NCBI GenBank assembly: GCA_018304465.1
Contig: JAGVWC010000010.1
Span: forward strand, 160,001-224,000
DNA length: 64,000 bases
Direction of reading: 5' to 3'
From: Candidatus Iainarchaeum sp.
GTDB lineage: Archaea; Iainarchaeota; Iainarchaeia; Iainarchaeales; JAGVWC01
The notes under the pieces: model-generated
Seen by the model: the letters and a program-made list of their open reading frames with translations, nothing else
The model's database searches: none
What the model was told of the DNA's origin: nothing
Program-made: the position numbers and the translations under genes
Shown: piece by piece, positions 48,727 through 58,268 of the stretch
Position numbering within the stretch: position 1 is the first letter of the stretch
How the letters are laid out: every line of letters starts with the position of its first letter

Positions 48727-48891
48727 CTAGCCGTTGATGCTTTCGCTTCCATTCGGATGCAACACAGGTCCCCGGATATACGACGAATCGCTTGAGACCA
48801 AAAACACAACACACGACGCGATTTCAAACGACTGTCCCGCACGACTCAACGACGAACCCGAACCAAACGACTCGACTTTTTCTTTCGGCAA
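48727..48891 (-). pseudogene. C-terminal remnant of a classical SDR oxidoreductase (YdaD/YhdF-like; not in ORF track)
   Basis: LPKEKVESFGSGSSLSRAGQSFEIASCVVFLVSSDSSYIRGPVLHPNGSESING*; no Rossmann N-terminus or YxxxK. Confidence 0.7.
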
Positions 48892-49083
48892 TTTTTCACC
48901 CTCCGCCTTTTTTCAGACGGGAAGAAAAAGTACAAAAGAAAAGGCTATTGAAAAAAAAAGCAAATCCGAAAACAACCGCGTTATACAAATCGCTCTTCAC
49001 ACCCCCCGCCCGGCAAAAAACACCCAAAAAAAACCCCGAATTCCCGGAAAAGTATAAAAACAAGCGAGTAGAATTATTTGCAT

Positions 49084-49926
49084 ATGAGAAAAATTCTCGT
49101 TCTGGCGGGATTAACGCTCCTTGTTCTTTTCGGTTGCGTTCAACCCCCCGTAGCGGGTCCCAATGACAACAGCGGATTAAACGACTCCCCCGCATACATC
49201 GATCCGACCATGTTCGACCCCAACCGCGATCCCCAGTTGAACGCGCCGAATCCCAACCTCGGGGGTCTCCCAAGCTGCGATACGATCATGAGCGCGCAAG
49301 ACCGCGAAGCCTGTTACGTACGGTTTGCCATGGACAATCTCGAACCCCAATGGTGCCAAAACCTCTGGCAACAAATCAATGATTGCTATTCCGGTGTCGC
49401 CTACCTGAAAAAAGACATTTCTCTATGCGCTCACGTCAAAAACAGCGTGGACGCCAAAGACATGTGCATTTTCGGAGTCGCAGACCAACTCCAAAACCCG
49501 TCGTTATGCGACTCCGTTCAAACTGAATCCATTAAGCGCGAATGCGTTTCCCAAAGCGCACCCCAAGCCGATCCGATCGCGCCCGAATCCCCAAGCCCCG
49601 TAACCGATCCAAACGATTGCCCCGCCAAACCCACGCAATTGGAAAAAGACACGTGCTATTGGGGACAAGGCCTACAAAATCCGGATCTTTCCACGTGCGA
49701 AAAAATCGTGAACCAAGATCTTCGAGAAGGATGCTATCTTGCAACCGCGGTTGCCCTAAAAGACGAAACGATTTGCGACAAAATGACCACCGAACGAGAC
49801 CGCTGGGGAAAAAGTCAATGCTATTTCGACGTGGCGATAGCCAAACAAGACCCCTCAGTCTGCGCACTGGCACCCACCACGCCCGACGCGATCGAAACCT
49901 GCCAAGTATTCGCAAACCCGCAATGA
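49084..49926 (+). CDS. Cys-rich repeat lipoprotein (paralog of 29771..30616)
   Basis: VLFGC lipobox; D.CY...A...C repeats. Confidence 0.8.
   Translation: MRKILVLAGLTLLVLFGCVQPPVAGPNDNSGLNDSPAYIDPTMFDPNRDPQLNAPNPNLGGLPSCDTIMSAQDREACYVRFAMDNLEPQWCQNLWQQINDCYSGVAYLKKDISLCAHVKNSVDAKDMCIFGVADQLQNPSLCDSVQTESIKRECVSQSAPQADPIAPESPSPVTDPNDCPAKPTQLEKDTCYWGQGLQNPDLSTCEKIVNQDLREGCYLATAVALKDETICDKMTTERDRWGKSQCYFDVAIAKQDPSVCALAPTTPDAIETCQVFANPQ
49209..49309 (+). repeat. 101-bp near-identical repeat, copy 2
   Basis: 97/101 identical to 29905..30005. Confidence 0.9.
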
Positions 49927-49927
49927 A

Positions 49928-50761
49928 TCACGCCAACGGATCCAACACGGCCGCATGATAGTAATCGCGAAACAACTTCTGCACCCGTTTTGTTTTTTCG
50001 AACGGACCTGCGAAAACCACGTCATCCACCTGCCGAACCGGCAACGCATTAAACAACGTGCTAGAAATAAAAACCTCGTCAAAACACCCGATTTTTTTCA
50101 AAGGCAAATCCCGCGCCACCAGTTCGAAATGCGGTGCGCACACTTTAAGCAAAATTTTTTTCGTGACCCCTTCCAACACTTTTTCTTTTGGCGGAAAAAA
50201 CAATTTGTTTCCCTTAAAAGCAAACACGTTGCTTCGAGTTCCCTCGCGCACGTTTCCATCCGCATCGACCAATAACGCTTCCAACGCCCCGGCTTTTGTT
50301 GCCGCGCGCAACGCCACAAAACCCAGCAACAAATCCTTGGTTTTCGCGTTCGGAAAAAGCCGCTCGCCGGAAAAAGAAATCGTTTTCACGCCTTGCGAAT
50401 AAAACTTCTTCGGATAAAACGTCACTCCCGCCAACGGAAACACGAACAACTTCGGATCCTTGTTGGCGTCGGCGTCGCCGATCAAAAGCACGCGCAAAAA
50501 AGCGTCGATTAAGGAATTCGCTTCCACCACTTTTTCGATCCACGAAACGACCGCGGCTTTGGAAAACGAATGACCCAATCCAATGACTTTGGCGGAATCA
50601 AACAACCGGTCCACGTGATACTCGGAAAAAAACACTTTTCCCGACACCACTTTAAGCGACTCGTACACGCAAAAATCGAAAAAATATGCCTTGTCCGAAA
50701 CCGGCAACACCGCTTCGGATTCCGCAATCAAACGACCGTTTAGAAGAACCTTCATATCCAT
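49928..50761 (-). CDS. aminotransferase class IV (BCAT/D-amino acid/PabC-like)
   Basis: VYESLK, HVDRL..SA, AKT (PLP Lys), EGTRSNVF, LEGVT. Confidence 0.88.
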   Translation of the reverse strand: MDMKVLLNGRLIAESEAVLPVSDKAYFFDFCVYESLKVVSGKVFFSEYHVDRLFDSAKVIGLGHSFSKAAVVSWIEKVVEANSLIDAFLRVLLIGDADANKDPKLFVFPLAGVTFYPKKFYSQGVKTISFSGERLFPNAKTKDLLLGFVALRAATKAGALEALLVDADGNVREGTRSNVFAFKGNKLFFPPKEKVLEGVTKKILLKVCAPHFELVARDLPLKKIGCFDEVFISSTLFNALPVRQVDDVVFAGPFEKTKRVQKLFRDYYHAAVLDPLA

Positions 50762-50802
50762 TCACTTAAACTCGAACAGAATAAAAGAAAACCGTGGACC
50801 CC

Positions 50803-51663
50803 TCAGTTATTGGTGGGAAAACGCGTTTTCCGAACCTGGACCGGCGCGGGAACAACCCATTTTTCGCGGATACGACGCACGGATTCACGGCGAAAACGCG
50901 GTTCGGCTCCATGCCGGTCACGAAACTGGTCAATAATCCAAATCCGCGTGATCCGATCCCCCTTCACGTTCGCGATAATATTAGAGGGAATAAAATCAGG
51001 CGTCGGATATTCCAGCCCCGCTTGCGTGAACAAATGAATCCACTGGTTACTGCCAAGCGAAATCTGCCGGCCTAACGCCGAAATCGCAACCTTAACCGCC
51101 TCGAAGTGAGAAGGCGTCAACTTGTCCGCGACCACGAGGCGTTCACCCGACAAATCGCGCATCACCAAAAAAGGACCTTTGATCGTGATGGCTTCCGGAA
51201 TCCGAATTTCAAAATCCGCTTTGGGAAGACGACCCGTACTGGACAAGTATTTCATCATCAAATTAAGGCTATACAAAGTACGCGCCTGGTTTTGCGGATT
51301 GCTTCGAGCGCCTTTCTTGAATTTTTTCACGGCAAGCGAATTCCATTTGATTCCGCTGGAAGAAACAAACGGTTCTTTTGGAACAAATCTTCGCACTTCT
51401 CCTTCCCCGCGACCGCCAAGTCGCGGTAAACGGGAAAAAAATCGAGTCGTAAAAAAACCAGGAAAATCTTGCTCTAATGTTTGCCGGTTCTTGACCCAAC
51501 GCGCTTCCCGGCCCACCCAATCCGCCGCCGGAACAGGCGCCAAACCCCGACCCAATCGAGAACCCAAACCTTTCGGACGCCGGTTTTGGATTGCCGCACG
51601 CACTTCTTTTGGTCGACGATGCCACGGCGCCGGCTTTGCATGGGAATCGTATCGTTTACGCAT
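50803..51663 (-). CDS. protein kinase-like fold protein with basic termini
   Basis: LGGRGEGEV Gly loop, LAVKKF, DFIPSNI catalytic-loop-like, WIIDQ DFG-like. Confidence 0.55.
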   Translation of the reverse strand: MRKRYDSHAKPAPWHRRPKEVRAAIQNRRPKGLGSRLGRGLAPVPAADWVGREARWVKNRQTLEQDFPGFFTTRFFSRLPRLGGRGEGEVRRFVPKEPFVSSSGIKWNSLAVKKFKKGARSNPQNQARTLYSLNLMMKYLSSTGRLPKADFEIRIPEAITIKGPFLVMRDLSGERLVVADKLTPSHFEAVKVAISALGRQISLGSNQWIHLFTQAGLEYPTPDFIPSNIIANVKGDRITRIWIIDQFRDRHGAEPRFRRESVRRIREKWVVPAPVQVRKTRFPTNN

Positions 51664-52234
51664 GTTCCAACGCCTTCCGCTGTTCGTCCAAAATCATGTC
51701 CAACGCATCCAAAAGTTTCAGAATCTGGTCGCGTCGGTTGATTGCGGTTTCAAAATCAAGATCCAATTCCAGTTTCTTGTTCACGTGCACGATCAGGTTT
51801 CGAAGCGAACTGGCCGCCTTCAAATCCTCCTTGAAATCGCTTCGCGAGGAATACAACGATTGAAGCGAAAACAACACGGGGTCATCGACTAAAACGCGGA
51901 TATAATCATTCAAGTGTTTTTCGTTCAGTTCCCTCACCGGGTTATGCGACCATTCCTGCACCCGATACAACCGGGATTCAAGTTCGGTTAACAACACGAA
52001 AAAAATAATGCGCAGCGGGCGCTTTAATACCATATGGCGCTTCACGATTCTTGCATCCGGCAACACTAAACAATCCGAATCCGAAAACAAGGTCAGCGCG
52101 TCCCACACGGGAAGCGAATCCGGCACGTTCATGCATCGGTCTTTGGGATGCGAATGACCCGGTTTTGCGACCAACGACACGGGAAGAACCGAAGACATAT
52201 TGCTTAAAAAAACCTTGAACTCGGGTCCGCGCAT
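51656..52234 (-). CDS. hypothetical protein
   Basis: ORF overlapping the next gene's start; LRN.IVH could be a HEPN-like RxxxxH motif. Confidence 0.55.
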   Translation of the reverse strand: MRGPEFKVFLSNMSSVLPVSLVAKPGHSHPKDRCMNVPDSLPVWDALTLFSDSDCLVLPDARIVKRHMVLKRPLRIIFFVLLTELESRLYRVQEWSHNPVRELNEKHLNDYIRVLVDDPVLFSLQSLYSSRSDFKEDLKAASSLRNLIVHVNKKLELDLDFETAINRRDQILKLLDALDMILDEQRKALEHA

Positions 52235-52380
52235 GAAACATACCAGTGAACCAAAACACGTAAAAAAACCACCTAACCCTAAAAAAAGGAAAAACGACCC
52301 GGGCCCCACAGGCAAATACAGCGCTGACGAAAAAAACATCTTTTTTTAAAGGTATGAATTTCATACTTATATGTGGTTCA

Positions 52381-52638
52381 GTGAGTGAAGTAGCAATTAC
52401 AACCATTTCAGAACGCGGACAAGTCGTCATACCCAAAGAAATCCGAGATGAACTGGGCCTGACTAAAAATTCAGGAGTTGCAATGAAAACCGTGGACGGA
52501 AAGCTGGTGGTGACAAAAATAAAACTTTCAGACAAAGATTTCGAACTAAAAGAATCTTTCATTAAAAAAATGAAGAAACGAGAAAAAACAAAAGGAATTC
52601 CGATAGATAGCTTCGCCAAACGCTATGGACTTGAATAA
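52381..52638 (+). CDS. AbrB/MazE family antitoxin
   Basis: TISERGQVVIPKEIRDELGL. Confidence 0.88.
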   Translation: MSEVAITTISERGQVVIPKEIRDELGLTKNSGVAMKTVDGKLVVTKIKLSDKDFELKESFIKKMKKREKTKGIPIDSFAKRYGLE

Positions 52639-52911
52639 ATGTATCGCCTCATTGTTTTACCCGTAGTTGATCGAATATTTAAAAAACTGGCAAAAAAAGA
52701 CCCCAATCAGCTTCGTGCAGTCGACAAAAAAATAAAACAAATATTACAAAACCCACCGCTTGGAAAGCCGCTTCACTTTCCGTTACAAAACATGCGCCGG
52801 GCCCATATTCAAAAGTCATTTGTTTTACTTTACGATATTCAAGAAAAAGAAAAAACAATCACGATTCGAGATTATGACCATCACGATAACGTGTATAAAA
52901 ATAAGAATTAG
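52639..52911 (+). CDS. RelE/ParE (YafQ-like) toxin
   Basis: NP..GKPL...LQNMRR.HI.KSFVLLY, DYDHHD.VY. Confidence 0.88.
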   Translation: MYRLIVLPVVDRIFKKLAKKDPNQLRAVDKKIKQILQNPPLGKPLHFPLQNMRRAHIQKSFVLLYDIQEKEKTITIRDYDHHDNVYKNKN

Positions 52912-52981
52912 CCTCCGGTGGGATTTGAACCCACGACCCCATGCTTACGAAGCACGTATTCTGCCGCTGAACTACGGAGGC
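52910..52981 (-). tRNA. tRNA-Thr(CGT)
   Basis: GCCTCCG/CGGAGGC acceptor, CGTGC-TTCGTAA-GCATG anticodon arm, GTGGG-TTCAAAT-CCCAC T arm. Confidence 0.95.
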
Positions 52982-53075
52982 CGAAAAAAGCTGTTTTTAC
53001 CATTTAAACGATTACGTTTGTAACAAAACTGCACGCTAAATCGTTAAAAAAACCACCGGTTTTAACGAATCGATT

Positions 53076-54041
53076 TTATCGCAAAAACCGCCGAAAACGC
53101 CCAAAATCCTTGGGATACTCTTCGCACAATTTTTGCAATTCCCGGTCCCGCACAAAAACAAAGGGTTTGTCCTTGTAAAAATTCCAATAATCCGAAAGCA
53201 GTCCTTTGCGCCCAAGGTAATGCAACGTCAAGCCCTGCGCAATGTCATGCGAAAACATTTCCCCTACTTCGTGCTCGGCAATCGCCCGCCGAAACCGCGC
53301 TGGAAGCACAGCCGGATCCGAATTCAGCCACAATACCCCGTGAATATACTTTCCCAACGCCGGCAGCTTGGCGCCTTCTTTTGGCGGAAGCGATTTCGAA
53401 TCCACCAAATACACCGGCACTCCCCGATGCAAAAAAACCTGGCGACCCGCGTTTCGGTTTTTTTCGATTTCCGAAATCGGAACCGGCTCCGGACTCGATT
53501 CAAGATAAAAAAGCTCCGGACGCGTCACCCGCTTTGCGTTCTCGGGAAAAAACCGATCCAACAAACCCGCCAGGTAACGAAACCCTTTTCGCTTGACGAG
53601 TTCGACCGCGGCGGCTTCGCGCACACTGCGATGCGAATCAAACACCGCGTGCTCAATCGTCCGAAGTGGAACACGCGTGGGTGAACGCGTCAAATACCGG
53701 ATCAGTTCAAAACGGTTTTGATGAACATCGTCGGTTCGAACCCGCTCGGATAACAATTTGGAATAACCCCGCGGACGCACCAAGGACAACACATCATAGG
53801 CGTGAGATCGCCAATCCGAATCCGGACTATTCGCGGCCCGAAACAACGCCCGTGTCACATCGTTTCTCCGCGCGATTTTCAAATAACGGGCGGTCGAAGC
53901 CTCGGACAAATAACGGTCAAAAAAAAGTTTTTTCAACGCGACCCGTTGCCGGACGTTTCGGATTCCCCCAAAAATATCCGAATGATCCGAAAACACCTGT
54001 TTGGCGGAAGGTTTTCGAAAATGCCAATGAAGCTGCGCCAT
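53076..54041 (-). CDS. hypothetical protein, HEAT-like repeats plus zincin-like HExxE..H segment
   Basis: SPDSDWRSHA..VL, DSHRSVREAAAVEL; AEHEVGEMFSH. Confidence 0.55.
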   Translation of the reverse strand: MAQLHWHFRKPSAKQVFSDHSDIFGGIRNVRQRVALKKLFFDRYLSEASTARYLKIARRNDVTRALFRAANSPDSDWRSHAYDVLSLVRPRGYSKLLSERVRTDDVHQNRFELIRYLTRSPTRVPLRTIEHAVFDSHRSVREAAAVELVKRKGFRYLAGLLDRFFPENAKRVTRPELFYLESSPEPVPISEIEKNRNAGRQVFLHRGVPVYLVDSKSLPPKEGAKLPALGKYIHGVLWLNSDPAVLPARFRRAIAEHEVGEMFSHDIAQGLTLHYLGRKGLLSDYWNFYKDKPFVFVRDRELQKLCEEYPKDFGRFRRFLR

Positions 54042-54122
54042 TCCAAAAAAAGGGTTTTCCATTGTATTTAAAGCCTTACTTTGCACAAAAATCATTAGTA
54101 TAACAAAAAAAATGGGTCCGGA

Positions 54123-55619
54123 ATGAAACCAACCAAAAACGATTTTTCCCTTGAACTAGCCGCATACTTGTCCGAAAAAGACTTTGTCTACGGACCCGAA
54201 CCCGAATTATACGGCGGCATCGCGGGATTTTATACCTACGGACCGCTTGGAAAACGATTGAAAAACAACATTGAAACCGTCATTCGCAAAGCGTTTAACG
54301 TCAACGGTTTTTTTGAAATCGAATACCCCTTAATTGCGCCCGCCGCGGTGTGGAAAGCCTCGGGTCATTTGGCCAATTTTTCGGACCCGACCATCGAATG
54401 CTCCAAATGCAACTCCAGTTTTCGCGCGGACAAACTCGTCGAAGAAGCCACGGGAACCAGCGACGCGGGCCACTTGACCGACGAACAACTCGTCAACCAG
54501 ATCCGCGAACACGACCTCAAATGCTTAAACTGCAAAGGACGCTTTAACCTCGAAATCAAACGATACTCCTTGATGCTCAAAACCACGATCGGATCCGACA
54601 TCGAAGCGTATAACCGACCCGAAACCGCGACCACGACCTACTTGCCGTTCAAACATTACCTGAATTTTTTCCGAAACCGTTTGCCCTTCACGGTGTTCCA
54701 AATCGGAAAAGCGTTTCGAAACGAAATTTCTCCGCGCCAACACTTGCTTCGCATGCGCGAATTCACCCAAGCCGAAAGCCAATTCTTTATCGCGCCCGAA
54801 TCCAAACACACGTGGGAAAAATTCTCCAAAATCGAAAACGAAACACTACCGTTTTGGACCGAAGACGCCCAAAAAAAAGGTCAACCCCTTCAAATAATCA
54901 AACTCAAAGACGCGTTGGCCAAAAAAATCCTCAAAAACAAGGCCTACGCGTGGAACCTGTGGTTATCGTATCACATTTTCACGGAAATGGGAATACCCGT
55001 CCAAAAAATCCGGTTACGCCAGCATTATTCGGATGAACGCGCGTTTTACTCCGACGACACCTGGGACCTGGAAGTCGAACTCAACGCGTTTGGCTGGACC
55101 GAACTTGCCGGAATATCCGACCGAACCGATTACGACCTCAAACAACACGCCAAACACTCCAACCAAAAACTCGTGGCACGCTCGCCTGAAAACGTGGAAT
55201 TCGTTCCGCACGTCATCGAAATCGCGTTCGGAGTCGACCGACCCGTATTCGCGTTATGCGACTTGTTTTATTCCAAACGCGAACAAGACGAAAAAAGAAC
55301 CATTCTCGCGTTTCCACCCAAAATGGCTCCGATTCAAGTCGCGGTTTTTCCCCTGGTGAAGAAAGACGGTTTGGATGACAAAGCCGAACAACTCTACCGA
55401 TCGCTTGAAAACCAGTTCCTATGCTATTTTGATGATTCCGGAAGCATCGGAAAACGATACTCCCGCATGGACGCCGTTGGAACCCCGTACTGCATTACCA
55501 TCGACTACGATTCCATGCAACACCAGGACGTTACGGTCCGCGAACGCGATTCCATGAAACAAGAACGCGTCAAACTATCCGAACTCGAAAAATACTTATT
55601 TCAAAGGCTGCAAAAATGA
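54123..55619 (+). CDS. glyS: glycine--tRNA ligase (archaeal/eukaryal alpha2 type)
   Basis: YGPLG, WKASGH..F.DP, RPETA, FRNEISPRQ..LRMREF.QAE, GSIGKRY.R.D..GTP. Confidence 0.96.
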   Translation: MKPTKNDFSLELAAYLSEKDFVYGPEPELYGGIAGFYTYGPLGKRLKNNIETVIRKAFNVNGFFEIEYPLIAPAAVWKASGHLANFSDPTIECSKCNSSFRADKLVEEATGTSDAGHLTDEQLVNQIREHDLKCLNCKGRFNLEIKRYSLMLKTTIGSDIEAYNRPETATTTYLPFKHYLNFFRNRLPFTVFQIGKAFRNEISPRQHLLRMREFTQAESQFFIAPESKHTWEKFSKIENETLPFWTEDAQKKGQPLQIIKLKDALAKKILKNKAYAWNLWLSYHIFTEMGIPVQKIRLRQHYSDERAFYSDDTWDLEVELNAFGWTELAGISDRTDYDLKQHAKHSNQKLVARSPENVEFVPHVIEIAFGVDRPVFALCDLFYSKREQDEKRTILAFPPKMAPIQVAVFPLVKKDGLDDKAEQLYRSLENQFLCYFDDSGSIGKRYSRMDAVGTPYCITIDYDSMQHQDVTVRERDSMKQERVKLSELEKYLFQRLQK

Positions 55620-56995
55620 CGGACTTTTTAGAACTGAGAAAAAAACTCCTCGAACGCACCAAAAAACAAGTGCAAATCGAATTCGGAGAAAACGAAATCC
55701 ACTTGATCCGCGCCAGCAACGCGTTATCCGATCTGGAAGCCGTATACAACCTGCTGTACGAACACACCAAAGAATGGTATCACTATCACTTTCCCGAACT
55801 CGAAGGCCTTTTGGACGATCCTGCGTTGTACCTAAAACTCGTGTACGAACTCGGTGAACGATCGAAAATGACCGACGACGCGGTCGCCAAAATCGAAACC
55901 GACATTGAAAAAGCCAAAACCATCGCCCAAAAAGCGGTTTTTTCCATCGGAGCCGACATTCCCGACGAAACACTCGCCGAAATCCGGCTCATCGCGCTCA
56001 ACGCATTAAATATCAAACAAGAAATGGACGCATTGGAAAAACTCCTTGAAAAACAACTCAAACAAATCGCCCCCAACTTCTCGATCATCGCCGGCACCCA
56101 AATCGCGGGCCGCATGATCAGCCACACCGGAAGCATCCAAAAACTCGCGATGCTACCCGCGTCCTCCATTCAAGTGCTTGGCGCCGAAAAAGCCTTGTTT
56201 CGATTCTTAAAAAACCGAAAAAACCTTCCGCCCAAACACGGTTACTTGTTCGCCCACGGATTCGTCCGACAATTACCCGCCGAAAAACGCGGTCGCATGG
56301 CGCGCACGCTTGCAAGCAAACTCTCGATCGCGATTCGAACCGATTACTACAACAAAAACGAAAACGTCGCCGGAAAAATCCAAGAACAACTCGCTCGCCG
56401 CGTCGAAGAACTCAAAAACGCGAAAACCAAAAACAAACCCATCCGAAAATTCGACGCGCCACGACCAATGTTCCAGCGACCCGAACGATTCCAACCCCGC
56501 GATTCGAATGAACGAAAAGAAAGATACCCACCCAAAAGCGATTATCGTCCCAAAGGCAATTATCCGCCGAAAAGAGACTACAAACCCCGCGAAAATTACA
56601 GACCCGCAGGCGAATACAAACCCAGAGACAATTTCACCCCAAACACCGATTACAAACCCCGCGGAAATTTTTCACCCAACACGGATTACAAACCCAAAGG
56701 AGACTACAAACCCAAAAGCGACTACAAACCGCGGAACAAACCATTCCAAAAAGACCGATTTCGACCCCAACGCTCGGGTCGACGCGAAGAAAAACGGGAT
56801 TTCGGAACACAACCCGTCGAAAAAAAGTTTTCCTCGTTTACCGTAGAAAAATCCACGTTCCAACCCTTGCCACCCGGACAAGCCCCCAAATTCCGAAAAT
56901 TTAACCAGCCGCGCAGCAAATTCTCAACCCGAAACCGATCCGAAGCCGGGTCGCAAGGACGCCCCAACAAATTCAGAAAGAGAAAATCCAGATGA
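55616..56995 (+). CDS. nop5: Nop5/Nop56/58 box C/D RNP protein with long repetitive C-terminal tail
   Basis: EWY..HFPEL, APN, PASSIQVLGAEKALF, PKHG, R.LA.K..IA.R.D. Confidence 0.92.
   Translation: MTDFLELRKKLLERTKKQVQIEFGENEIHLIRASNALSDLEAVYNLLYEHTKEWYHYHFPELEGLLDDPALYLKLVYELGERSKMTDDAVAKIETDIEKAKTIAQKAVFSIGADIPDETLAEIRLIALNALNIKQEMDALEKLLEKQLKQIAPNFSIIAGTQIAGRMISHTGSIQKLAMLPASSIQVLGAEKALFRFLKNRKNLPPKHGYLFAHGFVRQLPAEKRGRMARTLASKLSIAIRTDYYNKNENVAGKIQEQLARRVEELKNAKTKNKPIRKFDAPRPMFQRPERFQPRDSNERKERYPPKSDYRPKGNYPPKRDYKPRENYRPAGEYKPRDNFTPNTDYKPRGNFSPNTDYKPKGDYKPKSDYKPRNKPFQKDRFRPQRSGRREEKRDFGTQPVEKKFSSFTVEKSTFQPLPPGQAPKFRKFNQPRSKFSTRNRSEAGSQGRPNKFRKRKSR
56521..56733 (+). repeat. about 18-nt degenerate tandem repeats encoding [DNE]-[YF]-x-P-x-x hexapeptides in the Nop5 tail
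   Basis: RYPPKS DYRPKG NYPPKR DYKPRE NYRPAG EYKPRD NFTPNT DYKPRG NFSPNT DYKPKG DYKPKS DYKPR. Confidence 0.8.
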
Positions 56996-57651
56996 AAACG
57001 CTTTTTCCAGGGGTGTTTGAACACCAACGAAAACTCTGGACCCAAAACCTGGTTCCCGGCAAACAAGTCTACGGCGAAGAACTCCAAACCATCGACGGCA
57101 ACGAATACCGCAACTGGACTCCGATGAAAAGCAAACTCGCCGCCGCCATCAAAAACGGCTTGACGACGTTTCCATTCGCCCCCAAAACCCACGTGCTGTA
57201 TCTGGGCAGCGCCGAAGGCACGACCTTATCCCATTTGTCCGACATACTCCAAGGCACCGGCGTCCTCATCGGAATCGACGTATCCGCACGCACCGTTCCC
57301 AAACTCATCCAGATATCCGAACAACGCCCCCACTTAATCCCCATTCTTGCGGACGCCGAACACCCGGCCGAATACCCCGCTGAAATCCGCGAAATCACGT
57401 TTGACGTGTTGTTTCAGGACATCGCGCAAAAAAACCAAACCGAAATATTTCTCGCCAATGTACCCTTGCTCAAAACCAACGGCTATGGACTCCTGGTGAT
57501 CAAAGCCCCCAGTATTGACAGCCAACAACCCACGGAAACCGTCATCCAAGAACAAGTCCAAAAACTCGAAAAACACGTAAAAGTCCTCCAAATCGTGTCT
57601 TTGGAACCATTTGAGAAAAAACACGCGTTAATTCTCTGCCAAAAAAATTAA
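56992..57651 (+). CDS. flpA: fibrillarin-like rRNA/tRNA 2'-O-methyltransferase
   Basis: NLVPG..VYGE, EYR.W.P.KSKLAA, VLYLGSA.GTT.SH.SD, FQDIAQ. Confidence 0.95.
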   Translation: MKTLFPGVFEHQRKLWTQNLVPGKQVYGEELQTIDGNEYRNWTPMKSKLAAAIKNGLTTFPFAPKTHVLYLGSAEGTTLSHLSDILQGTGVLIGIDVSARTVPKLIQISEQRPHLIPILADAEHPAEYPAEIREITFDVLFQDIAQKNQTEIFLANVPLLKTNGYGLLVIKAPSIDSQQPTETVIQEQVQKLEKHVKVLQIVSLEPFEKKHALILCQKN

Positions 57652-57672
57652 AAACCACCAAACCCTACAATA

Positions 57673-58266
57673 ATGCACCACAGGGAAAAAAACATGCGAA
57701 AAGAAATTCACCGGCAATTCATTCACTTCGTAGGCGGAAACCTCGCGATCGGAGTCCTCTCCGCTACCCTGTTGCTAGGCATTGAAAAATGGATCCTGGT
57801 CGCCGTGCTCATTGCCGCCTTCATGATCGGATACCTGCTGGCCAAACGCGTTCAAAAAGGCCACAAAGTCACGATCATCCATGACCTCATCAAACACGTC
57901 GAACGCGAAGAAGAAAAAAAAGATTTTCCCGCAAAACCCGCTTTTTTGCTTTTGGCCGGAATCATCTTCACCATCGCGTTATTTGACCCGCTTCCCGCCA
58001 TCATCGGAATCGTAGTGCTCACATACGGAGACACCGTCGCGACACTCATCGGAAAATACAGCGGAAAAATCGAACTCATTTCCAACCGCACGCTCGAAGG
58101 AACCGTCGCCGGCATCATCGCCGCAACCATTCCCTTATTGTTTTTGCTTGATCCCTCCAAAGCCATCGGAATCGCCATCGTCGGAATGCTCGCCGAATAC
58201 CTTCCCATAGACGACAACATCGGAATCCCGCTGGTCGGAGCACTCGCTGCCAAACTATTAATCTAA
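57673..58266 (+). CDS. dolichol/phytol kinase family membrane protein
   Basis: RQFIH, GD..A..IGK..G, RTLEG..AG, IDDN..IP. Confidence 0.88.
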   Translation: MHHREKNMRKEIHRQFIHFVGGNLAIGVLSATLLLGIEKWILVAVLIAAFMIGYLLAKRVQKGHKVTIIHDLIKHVEREEEKKDFPAKPAFLLLAGIIFTIALFDPLPAIIGIVVLTYGDTVATLIGKYSGKIELISNRTLEGTVAGIIAATIPLLFLLDPSKAIGIAIVGMLAEYLPIDDNIGIPLVGALAAKLLI

Positions 58267-58268
58267 AA

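Noticed and set aside
29905-49309. The 101-bp repeat pair as a DGR template/variable repeat
   Set aside because: Differences are synonymous and not adenine-specific, both copies are in coding N-terminal regions, and no reverse transcriptase is present in the window.
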